Source of the DNA: Eledone cirrhosa
Taxonomy: Eukaryota
Assembly: GCA_964016885.1 (NCBI GenBank)
Contig: OZ024740.1
Coordinates: forward strand, 333,808,001-333,872,000
DNA: 64,000 nt
Reading direction: 5' to 3'
A program made the translations under genes and the position numbers. The stretch's first letter is position 1; every line of letters starts with the position of its first letter. This document shows, in pieces, positions 1 through 13,500 of the stretch. The notes under the pieces are model-generated. The model was not told the origin of the DNA. It did not search any database and was given only the letters and a program-made list of their open reading frames with translations.

Positions 1-502
1 GAACTAAGCACACAATAACTATCGTAGAAGGCTACTGGAGTCTACATAATAGGGTACACATAGGCCTGCTTACAGCCACATTATTAATCTGGGAGAAATC
101 CTGTTTTTACACGATTTCACCCATGCGTGTTTACATATGTGCGTGCATGCTTACACACACGGAGGTATGCATACACGTGTATGTCCGCACGTAGTAATGT
201 CTAAAGGGATTTAAAAAGGAAATAACTCTGTGTCCCCTTTGACCTTTCCAGACCTTAAATTTCACACAAAAGAGGTTAGAAAAAAATAATAAACCAAATA
301 AATAAATAATAAAACTACTTCCGGCCATCATGGTATAGAAAGCCACATTGGAAACTGTAATACTTCCTTTATTTTCTGCCGATAAAGAGATATTAATCTC
401 GAAATATCAGGACATGAATAAATTAAAGTAAAAGAAAAGCAAATCCCGTTGCATTATTCTTCTATCCAAACCTACATTGCCGTAGCTTTCCAGTTTCGAA
501 TT

Positions 503-695
<193 letters not shown>

Positions 696-812
696 GCGCG
701 TGTATATGTGTAAATCTATCGATCAGTCTCTATATGTATATGTGCTTAGTCAATAGGTCCTTATGAATAATATAATGGGGGTAATTATATATTTAATTTG
801 GGTTTAAATCTG

Positions 813-3120
813 TTAAGATATAGTTTTTTCTTTATTTATTACTTGTTGTTGTTTGAACGAAACTGAGCACGTAGAAAGTGGGAAGATTTTAAAGTTGGTA
901 GGGTCATTCCTTGGCAATCTGTAGCTCAAGAGGATTTTACTCAAGGGGATTTTTTGGCGATGGATGGTCATTATTTTCCCTAATGACTCACACGTCTGTC
1001 CTATATAGTTATATCGACACCCACCGCATGTGATTACGTATATCAGTTTCTCTGAGTTACATGTGATGTCTCTTTTCACTGTAAAAGTTTGGCCATATTT
1101 CAATGTGAATGTTTGTGTTTCAATTAAGTATAGGCATGTGGCACAGTTTGTTCTTCCGCATTTTGTCACCGTGGGGTTGGAGATTGGTTGTGTATGTTTG
1201 TTCCAGTGAGAATGTCCTTACTGATTTGAGTTGCCTTTTACTTTTAATGATCTTATGTGTTACCAGGATTCTTTTCCTTCTTTCATCTGTAAATAGAATG
1301 GAGAGGTTTTAGTGTAATGTGATCGAACATTTCGGTGTTTCTGGGGTTGTAGCTGGATACATATGGTAAGGTATTGTTCGTAGTGATATTTGTCGGTATG
1401 TTGAACCATTGAAAGTAAAATAATTATTCTCAAAGATAAATCGGAGTCCGTCAATAACAAAGTTTTCTTCATGCGTATTGGTATTCCAGGTTGGTGAGTG
1501 TCTAGCCAGTACTGAATTGATGTTATTCCATAGTTGTGGCGTATGTTAGTTTAAAGGTTTCCTACGTCAACGGAGACAAGAATTGTGTCTTCACTTACTG
1601 TTTTAGGTAGCTGGTTCAGCATATCAAGGTTATGCCGTTTGTAATTATGTACATGTTTTAAGAATGGCTTTAGTAGGATATCCAGCAAGTTGCTAAGTCT
1701 GTGGATTGCACACCCAGGGCCTGCTATAATTGGTTTAATCTGAGTTTTAAGTCTTCTGGTCGTCCTAATTGGATGTTTTTGGTAGTCGAGGTGTCACAGG
1801 CATCTTTTATGACCTTACATTTGTGGGTCTTCCGTAAACCTTAAAAAGTACTTGTTTGGAATTTTGAAATGACTTGTGTATTGAAATACTTTTGTTATTA
1901 GGCTATTGTGATATTTTTGTAGTAATGCTAGGGGATTCCCCATTATTTTAGTTTGTTTATAGATTTCTGTTTTTTCGTAGTATTTGTTGTCATCTAAGAT
2001 TTTAAGTACCAGGTCCGTGTAGTTGTCAGTATACATGATGACTACAGTACTACCTTTATCGGATTCGTTCATGGTTATTTCAATTTTAACTCGAAGTGAG
2101 AATAATTCTTTCCATTCGTGTTTTAAGAGGCCCGATTTCGTGTGTGTTAATTTGCAAATTTTTCATAGAGAAAGTTGATGATGCGTTCGCAGTAGGTCCC
2201 CAGTGATTTGTTTCTTTCATTCGCTAGTCAGAAATCACTTTTATTTCTGACAATTGCTTCATCTTCTGTGTTAGTGTCATTGGAGAGGTATTATTTTAGT
2301 CTAAGCTTTCCGCAGAATACCATGACGTCATCTTTCATTTGGATTTTTGTGATGTGGGTGTAAATTTCAGTCCCTTAATTAATATGTTAATTTGTATGTT
2401 AGTTAATGATATCTTTGAAAGCTTAATTATCTCCGGTTTCTCATGAGTTGGTGCCATCGGGTGTTCTGCTGTTTTCGACTTTTGTCGAAAAAAAAAAAAT
2501 TATTTTGGTTGTAATTGTAGTCTGCTTGTCTGTTTTGTATGGATCTGTATTTTTTTTTTTTTTTTGTCAGAGTTGATTATGGGGTTGGTATCAATTATAG
2601 CTGTTATTGTGTAAGAGTTCTGTTATGGGTTTATATGGTCTGGGTAGATTCTTTTTTAGATATATAGTGTTTATGATATGGGGTTGCTTTCTGTAGTGTT
2701 GGGTTTGAGAGCTGTTGTGCGTGTTAATGTGGGAAGGTTTTGTTGCGATTTCATGTGGTCTGGGTAGATTTCTTCTGAAGCATATGGTGTTTATGTTGCG
2801 GGTTAGTTCTATGTTGTTTTGGGGTTGGTTTCTGTAGGAGATATTTTTGTGGATACCTATGTTGTGGTGGTTGAGTGTGTTTCTTCTGCTGTAGTTGGTT
2901 GTATTTGGTTTGTGTTCAATGGGATTTTGTCTGTGGTTTATGCCTGTTGTGGTTGGTGGAATGAATGTTTCTGGAGGGGTTCTTGTTTTGTTTAATTTCT
3001 TTATAAAGGGGTTATCTGTGTGATGTATTATTTTGAACTCATATTCATATTTAAAGAAACAATTTTGTGTTTTTCCCATCGTTTTTGTGGAATTAGTTCT
3101 GCATTTTCGCAGTCCTGTTT
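813..3120 (-). mobile_element. Decayed Penelope-like element: RT fragments plus C-terminal GIY-YIG endonuclease
   Basis: ORF 813-1169 has the Cys linker CGRTNCATC and LIYVITCGGC-RYNYIGQT (GIY-YIG). ORF 1815-2072 has ESDKGSTVVIM (PLE 'DKG' motif). Multiple stops and frameshifts. Confidence 0.9.
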
Positions 3121-3551
3121 CCAGGATTTAATTAAATTATGTAATCGAAAACGATTGCATTTTATATTTTATATATATTATAACACTCCTATTTTAAAAC
3201 GAAAATGTTCCTCTCATATCTAATTTGACTACAATGATTTACCGATTGATGGTGAAATATATTTATTTATTTAATGAAATATATACAAAGGAGATGAATC
3301 ATTTAAAAATGTATCTATATTTGAAGTTCTAGTTAAACTTTAATTAGTTACCTACCTAGATGTGTGTGCTTACACACTTTACAAATTATTCCCTGTGATT
3401 GTTTCATATTTTTATTTTATATATATATATATATATTGTTATATATATATAGTTGATATAAAATGGTCGGATGTATTCATTGGAATCTTTGAGCATATTC
3501 TACAGCGGATATGGCGCATGTCTCTCAGCCATGACACCCTTAATTTAATTT

Positions 3552-3582
<31 letters not shown>

Positions 3583-3587
<5 letters not shown>

Positions 3588-4066
3588 AGTATGTATGTAT
3601 ACGTACATACATATATGTATACAGACGTATAGTAGCATGTATATATATACATACAGGCACACATATATATATGCACGTATCAGTTTACCGAACATTTATT
3701 ATAATGCTCGGTTTGTTCGTTTGTAAACAAACAAACAGCCTGAATTACGCCGTATAGTGTTTAGGCAACCACCCCACCTTTTTGTTCAACACTGACACAG
3801 GAACAATGTACTAGTTTCAAGCTTATTAGCTATCGTCAGCACCGTATACCTTTCTGCCAGATGGTTGAACGTCCGAAAGTATATATTTTCCTTATGAAAA
3901 TTAACGGCTGAGCAGCCTAATTTGCATATCGAGTGAGTTCAGTCGGCCAGGCGCACCGAAAACGATAAATGGAATAGAATGAAACGAAATTTCATTTCTC
4001 ACTCTTAGTACGGCACTTACTTAAACGTAAGTATGTATGTATACGTACATACATATATGTATACAT
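3583..4066 (-). repeat. Family A HHR-containing ~440-bp repeat, about 1.1 units
   Basis: gtaagtatgtatgtatacgtacatacatatatgtatac recurs at 3585 and 4027 (period 442). Homologous to 24403-25492 and 41795-42382. Confidence 0.85.
3803..3845 (-). ncRNA. Minimal type-I hammerhead ribozyme (family A)
   Basis: Minus strand reads acggtg-CTGACGA-t-agct-aata-agct-t-GAAA-ctag-ta-cattgt. Stem I uses two G-U pairs, stem III is the palindrome ACUAGU, cleavage triplet GUA. Confidence 0.8.
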
Positions 4067-5220
4067 ATATATTTATATACGTAATTTTAAACACAATTTA
4101 CTGTGTTTATTATTATATATATTATTATATAATGCTCGGTATTTATACTTTGAGCTTGTTAATTACAGTGTATTAATATGAATTATTAACTCTGCCTCTT
4201 ATTTGAATTTGGGCTCCCTAACTTGGTGAACTTATAAGATGGGTATATTTAGGCTATTGTTTCTAGCCGATCCACTCACGCCACTTTGAACTTCTCGCGC
4301 ACGAGGTGAAATATTCATTCGTGTAGCTTTTAGCTTTAGGTGTTTGTCACATTTGATCATATCTCTCGCTGATGATGCCTACAGATTATCTGTTACAAAC
4401 ACAATTCTATATATATCAACAGCATATGCATAGTTACTAAAAACGAAGAGACAGCTACATCTTGACCTAGTCAGCCAACTTGTTAGAGTACAATTTCGTG
4501 CTCCAAGATGCTATTACGTTTGTGGTGCCAGGCTGTGCAAATGATTGGAAAATCACTAATACTGGAGAATAATTGTAGAATGATATAGCTGGAAGGAATA
4601 CAAAAAAAAATGAGAATATTGTTTACCTCGTTTAAAAATGATTGGGTGAATTTACGGAAGAATCGTGGTCTGCTACCTACAAATTGTATTAAAACAGAGG
4701 CTGAAAGATGGGTGAGATGCCAGGAAGGAAGAAGACAAGAGAACGTTAGTAAGAAAAACAAGGAGATACTGAGAGGAAAGGAAACAGAGTGAGAATAAGG
4801 AAGAGAGGAAATAGAGAAATTAAAGTAGAAATGAGGAAGGGAGATGTGGGGTAAGCGATTATAAACTGTGCAGTTTATCAAAAAAAGGCCGTATTTTAGC
4901 TTTAGAGTATATAAATATAGTATTAGGAGCAACTTCAGGCAGTAGAGACGAACAGACGATGCATTTTTGCCACGTCAGCTACCTTTATGAGGTGCCAGTT
5001 TATGCAACAGATTGTTGCATCGCCATGTTGCTACGATGAACGCGATTGGTTAACAACAAAAATAATGGGCACGAACGTGTTCCTGTTTCTTTCCCCCCAA
5101 ACAGATAAATGCTTAAATAATTACGACTAGTATTAAATAGACAACGAACATAACATGTACATTTCAACATATTAATGCTCGAAGGGATATTACCTCATAT
5201 TTTATTTTATCTCTAGCCGC

Positions 5221-5381
5221 GTGGATTGGCAGTATCGGTAGAGTGTCGGACGCCATGCTTTACAGCATAGTTACGTCCCTTTACGATCTGAGTTCAAATC
5301 CCGCCGAGGTTGACTTTGCCTTTCATCCTTACGGGGTCGATAAAATAAAGTACCAGTAATGCACTAAAGTAGAAACAATTA
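5221..5381 (+). mobile_element. tRNA-derived SINE (octopus-type) with 16-bp target-site duplication
   Basis: A-box-like tggcagtatcgg, B-box gttcaaatcc, body gactttgcctttcatcc...gataaaataaagtaccag. TSD tattttatctctagcc at 5203-5218 and 5382-5397. Confidence 0.9.
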
Positions 5382-7461
5382 TATTTTATCTCTAGCCTCG
5401 TCACTTCACGAGGTATTGGTTAACATGATGGGATGCGTGAAGTAATTAACCCATAAAACCCCATATTTCGTGCGTTTATTGCTGCATAAATTTGAATTCA
5501 TAATTGATATATAGGTGAATGAAGAGTTTGTATTCACACTATCATATAAAATGCACTTCATCCAAAACAATAATATGCTTATTCATACATTGTTGATGGA
5601 GAAAGGCCGTCAACTATGGAATTCAATATTATATACACGCTAATGATAAGCATAAGATCAAAATGTGGGTCAATTTCATATATTCAAAGATATCGACAAG
5701 TACATCAGTTTATCGTGTCTCATAGTCCCGTTTATGTTCGGCGCTCATGAGGGCTTCCAATTCTCAAAAAACGATGGTTTTAAAATACATTTGATTTTAT
5801 ATATTGTTTATTCTTACGTTTGTTTCAAAAGTAATTTAATATATCTAGTTATATGTCGGTATTATGAGCTACGTATTATAAGAATATTTTAGTCAGACAT
5901 AAGAATTTATGTATTATTAATATTGTATTATTGCAGTTACTCCCAATGTATATATAGCATGAATAAATAGCATATATGTCTAACGGATTTTATTGATATT
6001 GATTGTTTCATTGTTCATATTAGAGCGGGAATAAAATTGAAGATATGAGAGCAGGCTTTAAATATTTAGTTTTATATTCAGTAACTTATTTTATTTCTTC
6101 TTATAGCAATTCAACTATTCTAGCGCATTCTGTTAGAATCGACTCCTATATGTAGCGTCAGAATACTAAGTTTATATATGTTATATGTTGCATTATTGTA
6201 ATACCGTGAGTAAAAGCTTGTCGTATATATACGTCCACTATTGCCACTGCATCAGATTTGTCTTTATAAGGTGTTTTAAGTGAAAATATTTCATACTATA
6301 ATGGGATGAGTTAAATGACAAACGTATTCGTTCCGGTACCACATGATAATATGATAAACTGCAAATTAAATGCGTACAATACCACAGTGGCAATGTAGAT
6401 TTTCAAAATTCGTAACCCATATTCATGTAGATCCTATACAATACTTTCCAAAGTTAGAAACGCATGCAAATTTCTAACTGCTGGCATATTTATATTTAAA
6501 AGAGAGAACACATATTGTAGTAGGCAGTCTCTTGTTCTCACGATAGTAAACTTGACATGTATTTATCATGTATATATTCTCATCTACTAAATACTATAAA
6601 CTAAATTTTGTCTTGTGGACTTATAAACAATCTACGTTTTCAAATGTCAATATTTTCATGTAATTAATGGTTTTGTTCGACTATCCGGAGAAAATGAAAC
6701 ACGATACAACGTACATATTGCAAAACAAACTATATATTCTAAATTAGTAAATGGCGTTAGGAATTGCAATAAAAGTCAGCATAATTTGATGAAATTACTG
6801 TTTTGTAAGTTAATGCGGACGCAAATATTCATAAAGTTTGGGAATAAATATAATTATATTTGGAAATATCTACTGGACAACTCTTCCGTGAATAATTTCA
6901 ATTCATAAAATGGAATAAGGTTTCATAATATCATCCATATTGAACGTATATAGATATATATTTCATATATTACATTTAAGAATACACATTCAAAACTAAA
7001 GCGATTTGTACAATATACTTAAAAGCATGCAATTTCACATGGATTATTCCTGTTAATAAGATGAAGGATAGAACATTTGTATACTTCTACGCCATTAAAT
7101 TGTATACTTCGTGTATATTTAAAACGTTGCTAATGACAGTTCTGCGCATAACATGCATCTCATTACTTTGATATCAAATACACGAGGATATAATTGTCTC
7201 AATATATAAAAGTGCTTGAAATAGCGCCAATAGATGTTGTTTAGCCCTAGGCAATTTCGTATTGATGAAAAGCTTTCAATCCCTGGCAATGCCATTTTTT
7301 TTTTATTCACACAATCTTTACAATGAAAAGCCTTAACCAAAGTCGTCATTTTAGAGCGGGTCATTTGTGATATGAATATGTGATAATCATACCTCTAGGA
7401 GTAACACCTTCTATATATAAATATAGACCTACAATAGTGCATCTCTTCTATGAAATCATGG

Positions 7462-7527
<66 letters not shown>

Positions 7528-7599
7528 GGTGTATATATATATTTTCCGGGTATGCACGTATAAAATGATGCAATATACGTCGTAGAACTTCTCACTTAA

Positions 7600-8040
7600 A
7601 TAATATTTTAATCTCTACATCCATTTTTTCTATGCCTTCTGATTCTGAGAGGGACATGGGATCTGAGCCCTCAACCACGTCTTCCAGAGGGTCCTGTCTG
7701 AAGCAGCTGTCTACATTTATCTGGCTAGAACTCCAAAGGAGACCAGCCAAGTCCAAGGATGTTGTGCAGCCATTTTGCTTGTGGTCTTCCATTGGGTCAC
7801 ATGCCGGACGGTTTGCCCGTACAACCTGTCCAGCAATTCTTTCCTGGAACATATTAAACACATCTTAGTCGTATGACAGCTGGAGTACCTGAAGTCGGAG
7901 ATGTAGTGGCCTACGTGGATAAAATCTAATGCTCGAGCTGCTCACTCCATGGAATAACGTTACTCCAAACACAATTCGGAAGGACACCATTACGGTCACT
8001 TGTATCGTATGCTTTCAGCTATTAGCCAAAGTTTATGAAT
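7600..8040 (-). mobile_element. RTE-clade LINE 3' fragment
   Basis: Translation MFQERIAGQVVRANRP... resembles the decayed RTE ORF C-terminus. Confidence 0.55.
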
Positions 8041-8049
8041 ATAAGTATA

Positions 8050-9230
8050 GTTTGGTAGAGATACTGACAGAACATTGCGAGTTTGGCATTTAAACCCCAA
8101 ATGTGAGAATGGCTTCTGAATTGGATTTAATTCGGAGGGATATTTACCTAGTGAAGCTTAGTATGAAAGATTTTTTCTGTGGGTGGTTCAAGTTTATGCT
8201 CGAAATTGAGTGCGCGAAAATAGATCCTTCCTTGATGAAATAATTGCAATAGCAAATGTAGTTAAGACTGATTTAAGTTTCAATGTAAATGATCACAATG
8301 AATCCCTGAGAGGGGATAGTGTGATTGGAAAGAACGGTGATCCCGCTCCCAATACGAATGGAGAGGTCGCATTAAACTTATGCTTTTATAGTTGGCACTC
8401 TATTATCAACACATCCTTCCAGCTCAAAGACTTTCCTAAATACAAAGGGTATAAAGGAAATCGGAGACGGAGCTAAGTATTTGATTTCGTTACTGTCTCT
8501 GATCTCTTGGAGTCTGTGTTCGATTCTGTATGTATGTTAAAAGAGAAACTGAGCTGTTCACTGATCACCATCCAGTTATCTTCATTCTCGTACTACCGAA
8601 AGTCAACGTATCCAACAAAATGTGCAACTCCACCTCGATCTACAAGATACAGTGGAGCGTACTAGCGTATGAAGAACTCAGGAACAGGTTTGCAGATATT
8701 ATTGCTTCCAAATTCATAGAACTGTATGAGCAAACAAAGGAAGCTGAAACTCGGATGTTTCTGCTTCAGTTGTTAAATGATACGGGAAAATGTAAGTTTT
8801 TGCGGAGTAGCATGGCAGGAGGACCCCTCGGCAAAAAAAAGTAGTGAAAGGTGGAAGGTCACTTATAAAGCTTGGTTCAGAAATAAGACCTCCTTATTAC
8901 ACTTGCAGTGCAAGCAGACCCAAGAGAAAACAGCGAGAATGCAAAGGCCATGAACATTAATGCATAAACGGTCTTCAGGCTTCAGAAGGAATCTGTCTTC
9001 ACATCAACATATTAAATTGTTCAGGCTGACCATCCATCGACTTCGTAATTCGGACACCTACTCCTCTATGCTTGCTAAGACGAACGTGTCTGGGATTTTC
9101 CTCAGTGAAGGAAGGAGATGCATCACCACGAATTGGTGAGAATAGATTACTGATCTCTTAAACCCGATCACAACACCAAATTCTGTTGTGCAAGAATCGC
9201 ATCTAGGAGCGATAAAAACCCCACTCGACA
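8050..9230 (+). mobile_element. RTE-clade LINE endonuclease/linker fragment, decayed
   Basis: APE-like segments VIGKNGDPAPNTNGEVALNLC, FDFVTVSD and ELFTDHHPV. Confidence 0.65.
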
Positions 9231-9450
9231 AAATTTCACCTCCACTTCCATCCCACTCTACCCCTACCACCATCTTGACCCGCCTCGCGGCACTAGGGTT
9301 ATGTAAGTACTTCTTACCTATCTGGTTTTTCCATATGTATAACGTACTTCAAAATATATACATATATGTGTGTATATACATATATGCGTATATATATGTG
9401 CGTGTATGTATTTATATATATGTGTGTGTATGTATTTGTATGTATGTATA

Positions 9451-9587
<137 letters not shown>

Positions 9588-9674
9588 GTATATATATAAA
9601 TGTATGTATTTATGTGAGCGTGTATACGTATTTGTATGTGTATGTGTATATATATGTATGTGTATGTATGCATA

Positions 9675-9711
<37 letters not shown>

Positions 9712-10532
9712 TTATTTTATCTTGTGCATTTGCTTACCACATGTGTTTGTTTATATATTTTTTTTATTTTTTAATTCTTTTTACTTGTGCCTTTCTCCTC
9801 TTCCGTATCGCTGTCAACTCAATAATAATCTTTATTTCCTTAATCCCTATTTTTTTAAAAATATATTTACTCGTATGTGACTGCCTAATTCAGTATATGT
9901 TTCTTAATTGATTTTTATTTATTCTTATAATTTTATATGTGTGTGCGTATGTCGGTATATATCATTATCTATAAAAGACATATTGTTGTTATGTGTGCAT
10001 GTTCCATGTTTATTCATTTGCACAATTTCAAACCGATTCGACTCAACGTCTGTAAGAATGTTGTAAATGGTCTACCTTAGGTAAACGACTATTTATTTAT
10101 TTCAAAATCTCCCAGAATTACGGAAATAATCGATAAAACTAAATACATGACGCTTTACCCCTCTAATACAATATGAAATTCCTCTCTCTACTCCCCTTAA
10201 AAATCGAAAAAAAAACATACATGCTGCAACCTTCTCTTATATATGCTTAAAATCTTTTTTTTAAACATCTATCATCCAATTCACACACGATTACATTTTG
10301 TGTATAACATATTTACACGTTTATTGAGTGAAAAAAAAAAAAACACATAGGGATTTTTGGCCAAACAACTTCAAATTGCTGACAGAAGCGCGCTTTCAAC
10401 AAACTGTGAGTTATTTATTTGCCGTTCATTCTCCCATTTTTTCCCCTGCGGAACGCCGACAGTTTTCAGCCTTATACTTTCAAAGGCAATTTTGCTGTAG
10501 AAGTAACTTTCACCCTTTCCTTTTCACATAAA

Positions 10533-13500
10533 ATGCCACCTAAAAAGAGAAGTCGCCTCGGTCGCCATACCGCGACAGCGGCGGCGCAGAGGGCGATTTC
10601 AGTAAACGAGTCCCCCGAGGAAACTGCTTTAAAACTTTCACAGAGCTCCTTACGTTCACCGGAATGCAGAGCTGCTGAAAGTTTTCAACAACGCACCGCA
10701 CGCCTAGCCACGATGGCTTCATACGACGCCTCGAAACGTGCTGCGGTGTGCGATTCTGAGCGGGCGATACGTCATTCCCCAAAAAACGCCTCTACTGCTG
10801 CTTCCAGGGTTTCAGAGGGCCCGGAACAAAGGTCGACTCGTCTGGCTAGAAACGTTGATGCTACTGCTGCTTCCAGGGCTTCAGAGGGCTCGCAAAAATG
10901 GTCGACTCGCCTGAATAGAAACGCTGCTACTACTGCTGCTTCCAGGGTTTCAGAGGGCCCGGAACAAAGGGCGCCTCGACTGACTAGAAACGCTGCGGCT
11001 ACTGCTGCTTTCAGGGCTTCGGAAGGTTTCGAACGGCGGACGAATCGCTTTGCTAGGAAAGCTGCGGCTATGACTGCTAACATGGCTTCTGAAGATGCAG
11101 ACGGGCGCTCCATTAGGATTGCAAGGGTGGCTTCTGCTACTGCTGCGAGAGCTTTCCACGACCCACAGGAGCAACATTCCTCGTTCGAGCGGAACAGTCG
11201 ACGACAAGAAGCTGCCCGCGGTGTATCGAGCCCCAACAGCCCATACTGGCACCTACGGGCTTTCAAGTATGAGCCAAACGTTAACTACTCGATGCATGCC
11301 GACATAAATATAGGAGAAATGCGCTTCAATTGCAAATTCTGCAATGCTAAAAAGTGGGCTGGGGAGCCACCTGCAATGTGCTGCTTAAACGGAAATGTCA
11401 TCTTGCCCCCTCTTGGGGAACCGCCAGGGCCTTTGAAGTAACTACTTACTGGTTCTACCTCAAGGTCATCCAAATTCCTTCAACTCATCAGGAAGTACAA
11501 TTGTGCGTTTCAAATGACATCTTTCGGGTCAAACGTTGTCAGAGAAAGTGGTTCGATGCGTACTTTCAAGGTCCAGGGGGTGGTGTACCATTTTAGTCGC
11601 TCCAGCCACTACAAAATTGCAACCCTTCGTTCATTCAAATTTACTTCATTTCTAACTACAGTAGGCAAGTTGATGCGCGGTTCGGCGTTATTCCAACACC
11701 TGTAAACAATGACGCTGACACTTTGTAAGGGACGTGCTGCTTGGTCTTCAAAACATGCTTCATGAGCACAACAGGTGTATTCGCAGTTTCAAATACGCAT
11801 TGGAAACAAACCCTTCACCAAACTTCACCATTATCATCGATGCTGACAAAAGACCTTCTGGGGAGCACGCACGCCGTTATAACGCTCATTCGTGCAATGA
11901 AGTGGCCGTAGTTATCCATGGTGAACAGCACAATAAGCGAGACGTAGTTCTTCAAAATCGTGACAGTGGTCTTCGACATATTAATGAGACGTATCGTCCA
12001 TAGGACGCCCTGCAGTATCCCCTTCTTTTTGCATACGGAGAAGACGGGTACCATTTCGGCATTCCTCAGCGCAAACCAAACGAGCCCACTGTTGCGACAT
12101 CTAAAACTGTTTCATGTATGGCTTTATACTCATACCGCTTCATGACGAGGCCTAAAGATTTCAGCACCCTGTACAGGTCAGGGGAACTGTTTCACCAGTT
12201 TGCAGTTGACATGGCTGCAAAGATGGCGTCGGAGAGACTGTGCTTCTCTAAAATTGAATCAGAAGCAGCTGCGCTCAGACTCCTACATCCATTTGCGTGA
12301 CGGCATCAGGAATGACACTGACCCCCGGAACATCGGCAAAATGTGCATTCTCCCCTCGACCTATACGGGGGAGGAGGGTGGGTACATGCACGAGCGAAAC
12401 ACAGGACGCTATGACGTTCGTTCGGCATTATGGGCGCCCCGATTTAATCATCATGTTTACGTGTAGCCCCAAGTGGGTTGAGGTTACGCGGGAACTTATC
12501 CCAGGGCAGCAGTACTGCCATCGGCAATATATTATTGCCAGGATTTTTAGGCAGAAGCTGGCTAAGCTAATTGATCTAATAAAAAAAGGGAAGGTTTTCG
12601 GGCCTGTTAGGTGCCACATGTATACTGTTGAGTGGCAAAAGAGAGAGTTGCCACACGCGCACATTTTGGTTTGGTTTGTCACCAACATAGACCCTACAAT
12701 TCTAGATGACGTCATCGCAGCGGAAATACCGGACCCCGTTGTTGAACGGCAGCTGTACGACATTGTGAAGGCACACATTGTGCACGGTCCGTGCGGTCCC
12801 GGTTTTCAAGAGCTCTCCTCGTGACACTAGGACCATGTGTGCACTAAACGATACCCAAAGAGGTTTGTTGAAGAGACCCAGACCGGCGGCGATGGATACC
12901 CACTGTACAGACGAAGGCGGCCTGAGAACGGTGTATTCACTATGACGTTACAGAGTCATCAAGTTGATAATAGGTGGGTGGTCCCGTACTGTCCATTTCT
13001 GATGAAAACTTTCAACGCTCATATAAATGTGGAGTTCTGTCATTCAGTGAAGTCGATAAAGTACACATATAAATATGTTAACAAGGGTTCCGATGCTGCC
13101 ATGTTCGGCCTTCAAAACGACAATAGCAGGGACGAGGTCTCGGAGTACTTGGCAGGTCGATATATCAGCAGTGGTGAAGCTTTTTGGCGGATATTCGGGT
13201 TTCCAGTTCACCAAAGGCACCCCGCCATCATACAACTAGCGGTTCATTTGGAAAACGGCCAGCGGGCTTACTTTACCGAACAGACTGCTGCTCATTTGGC
13301 GGCCAATCCAAAAGAGACAACTTTGACTGTTTTGTTTACGCTTTGCCAACTTGACACATTTGCAAAAACACTTTCATATCCTCAGGTCCCGTCCTACTAC
13401 GTGTGGTCAAACAACACTTGAGTGCGTAGGAAGTCAGGTCAGGATGTTGAAGGACATCCTGGTGTCAAGTTTGACAGTTGTCTAAGAAGAGTGTACACTG

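Noticed and set aside
4360-4460. ctgatga core suggesting a hammerhead
   Set aside because: No properly placed GAAA, stem III or stem I partner could be built.
5221-5300. tRNA gene
   Set aside because: A/B boxes are present but there is no cloverleaf. It is the head of a multi-copy SINE.
10772-11266. Antisense ORFs over the Helitron repeats, and similar ones over the L1/Tx1 element
   Set aside because: These are shadow frames of GC-rich coding sequence.
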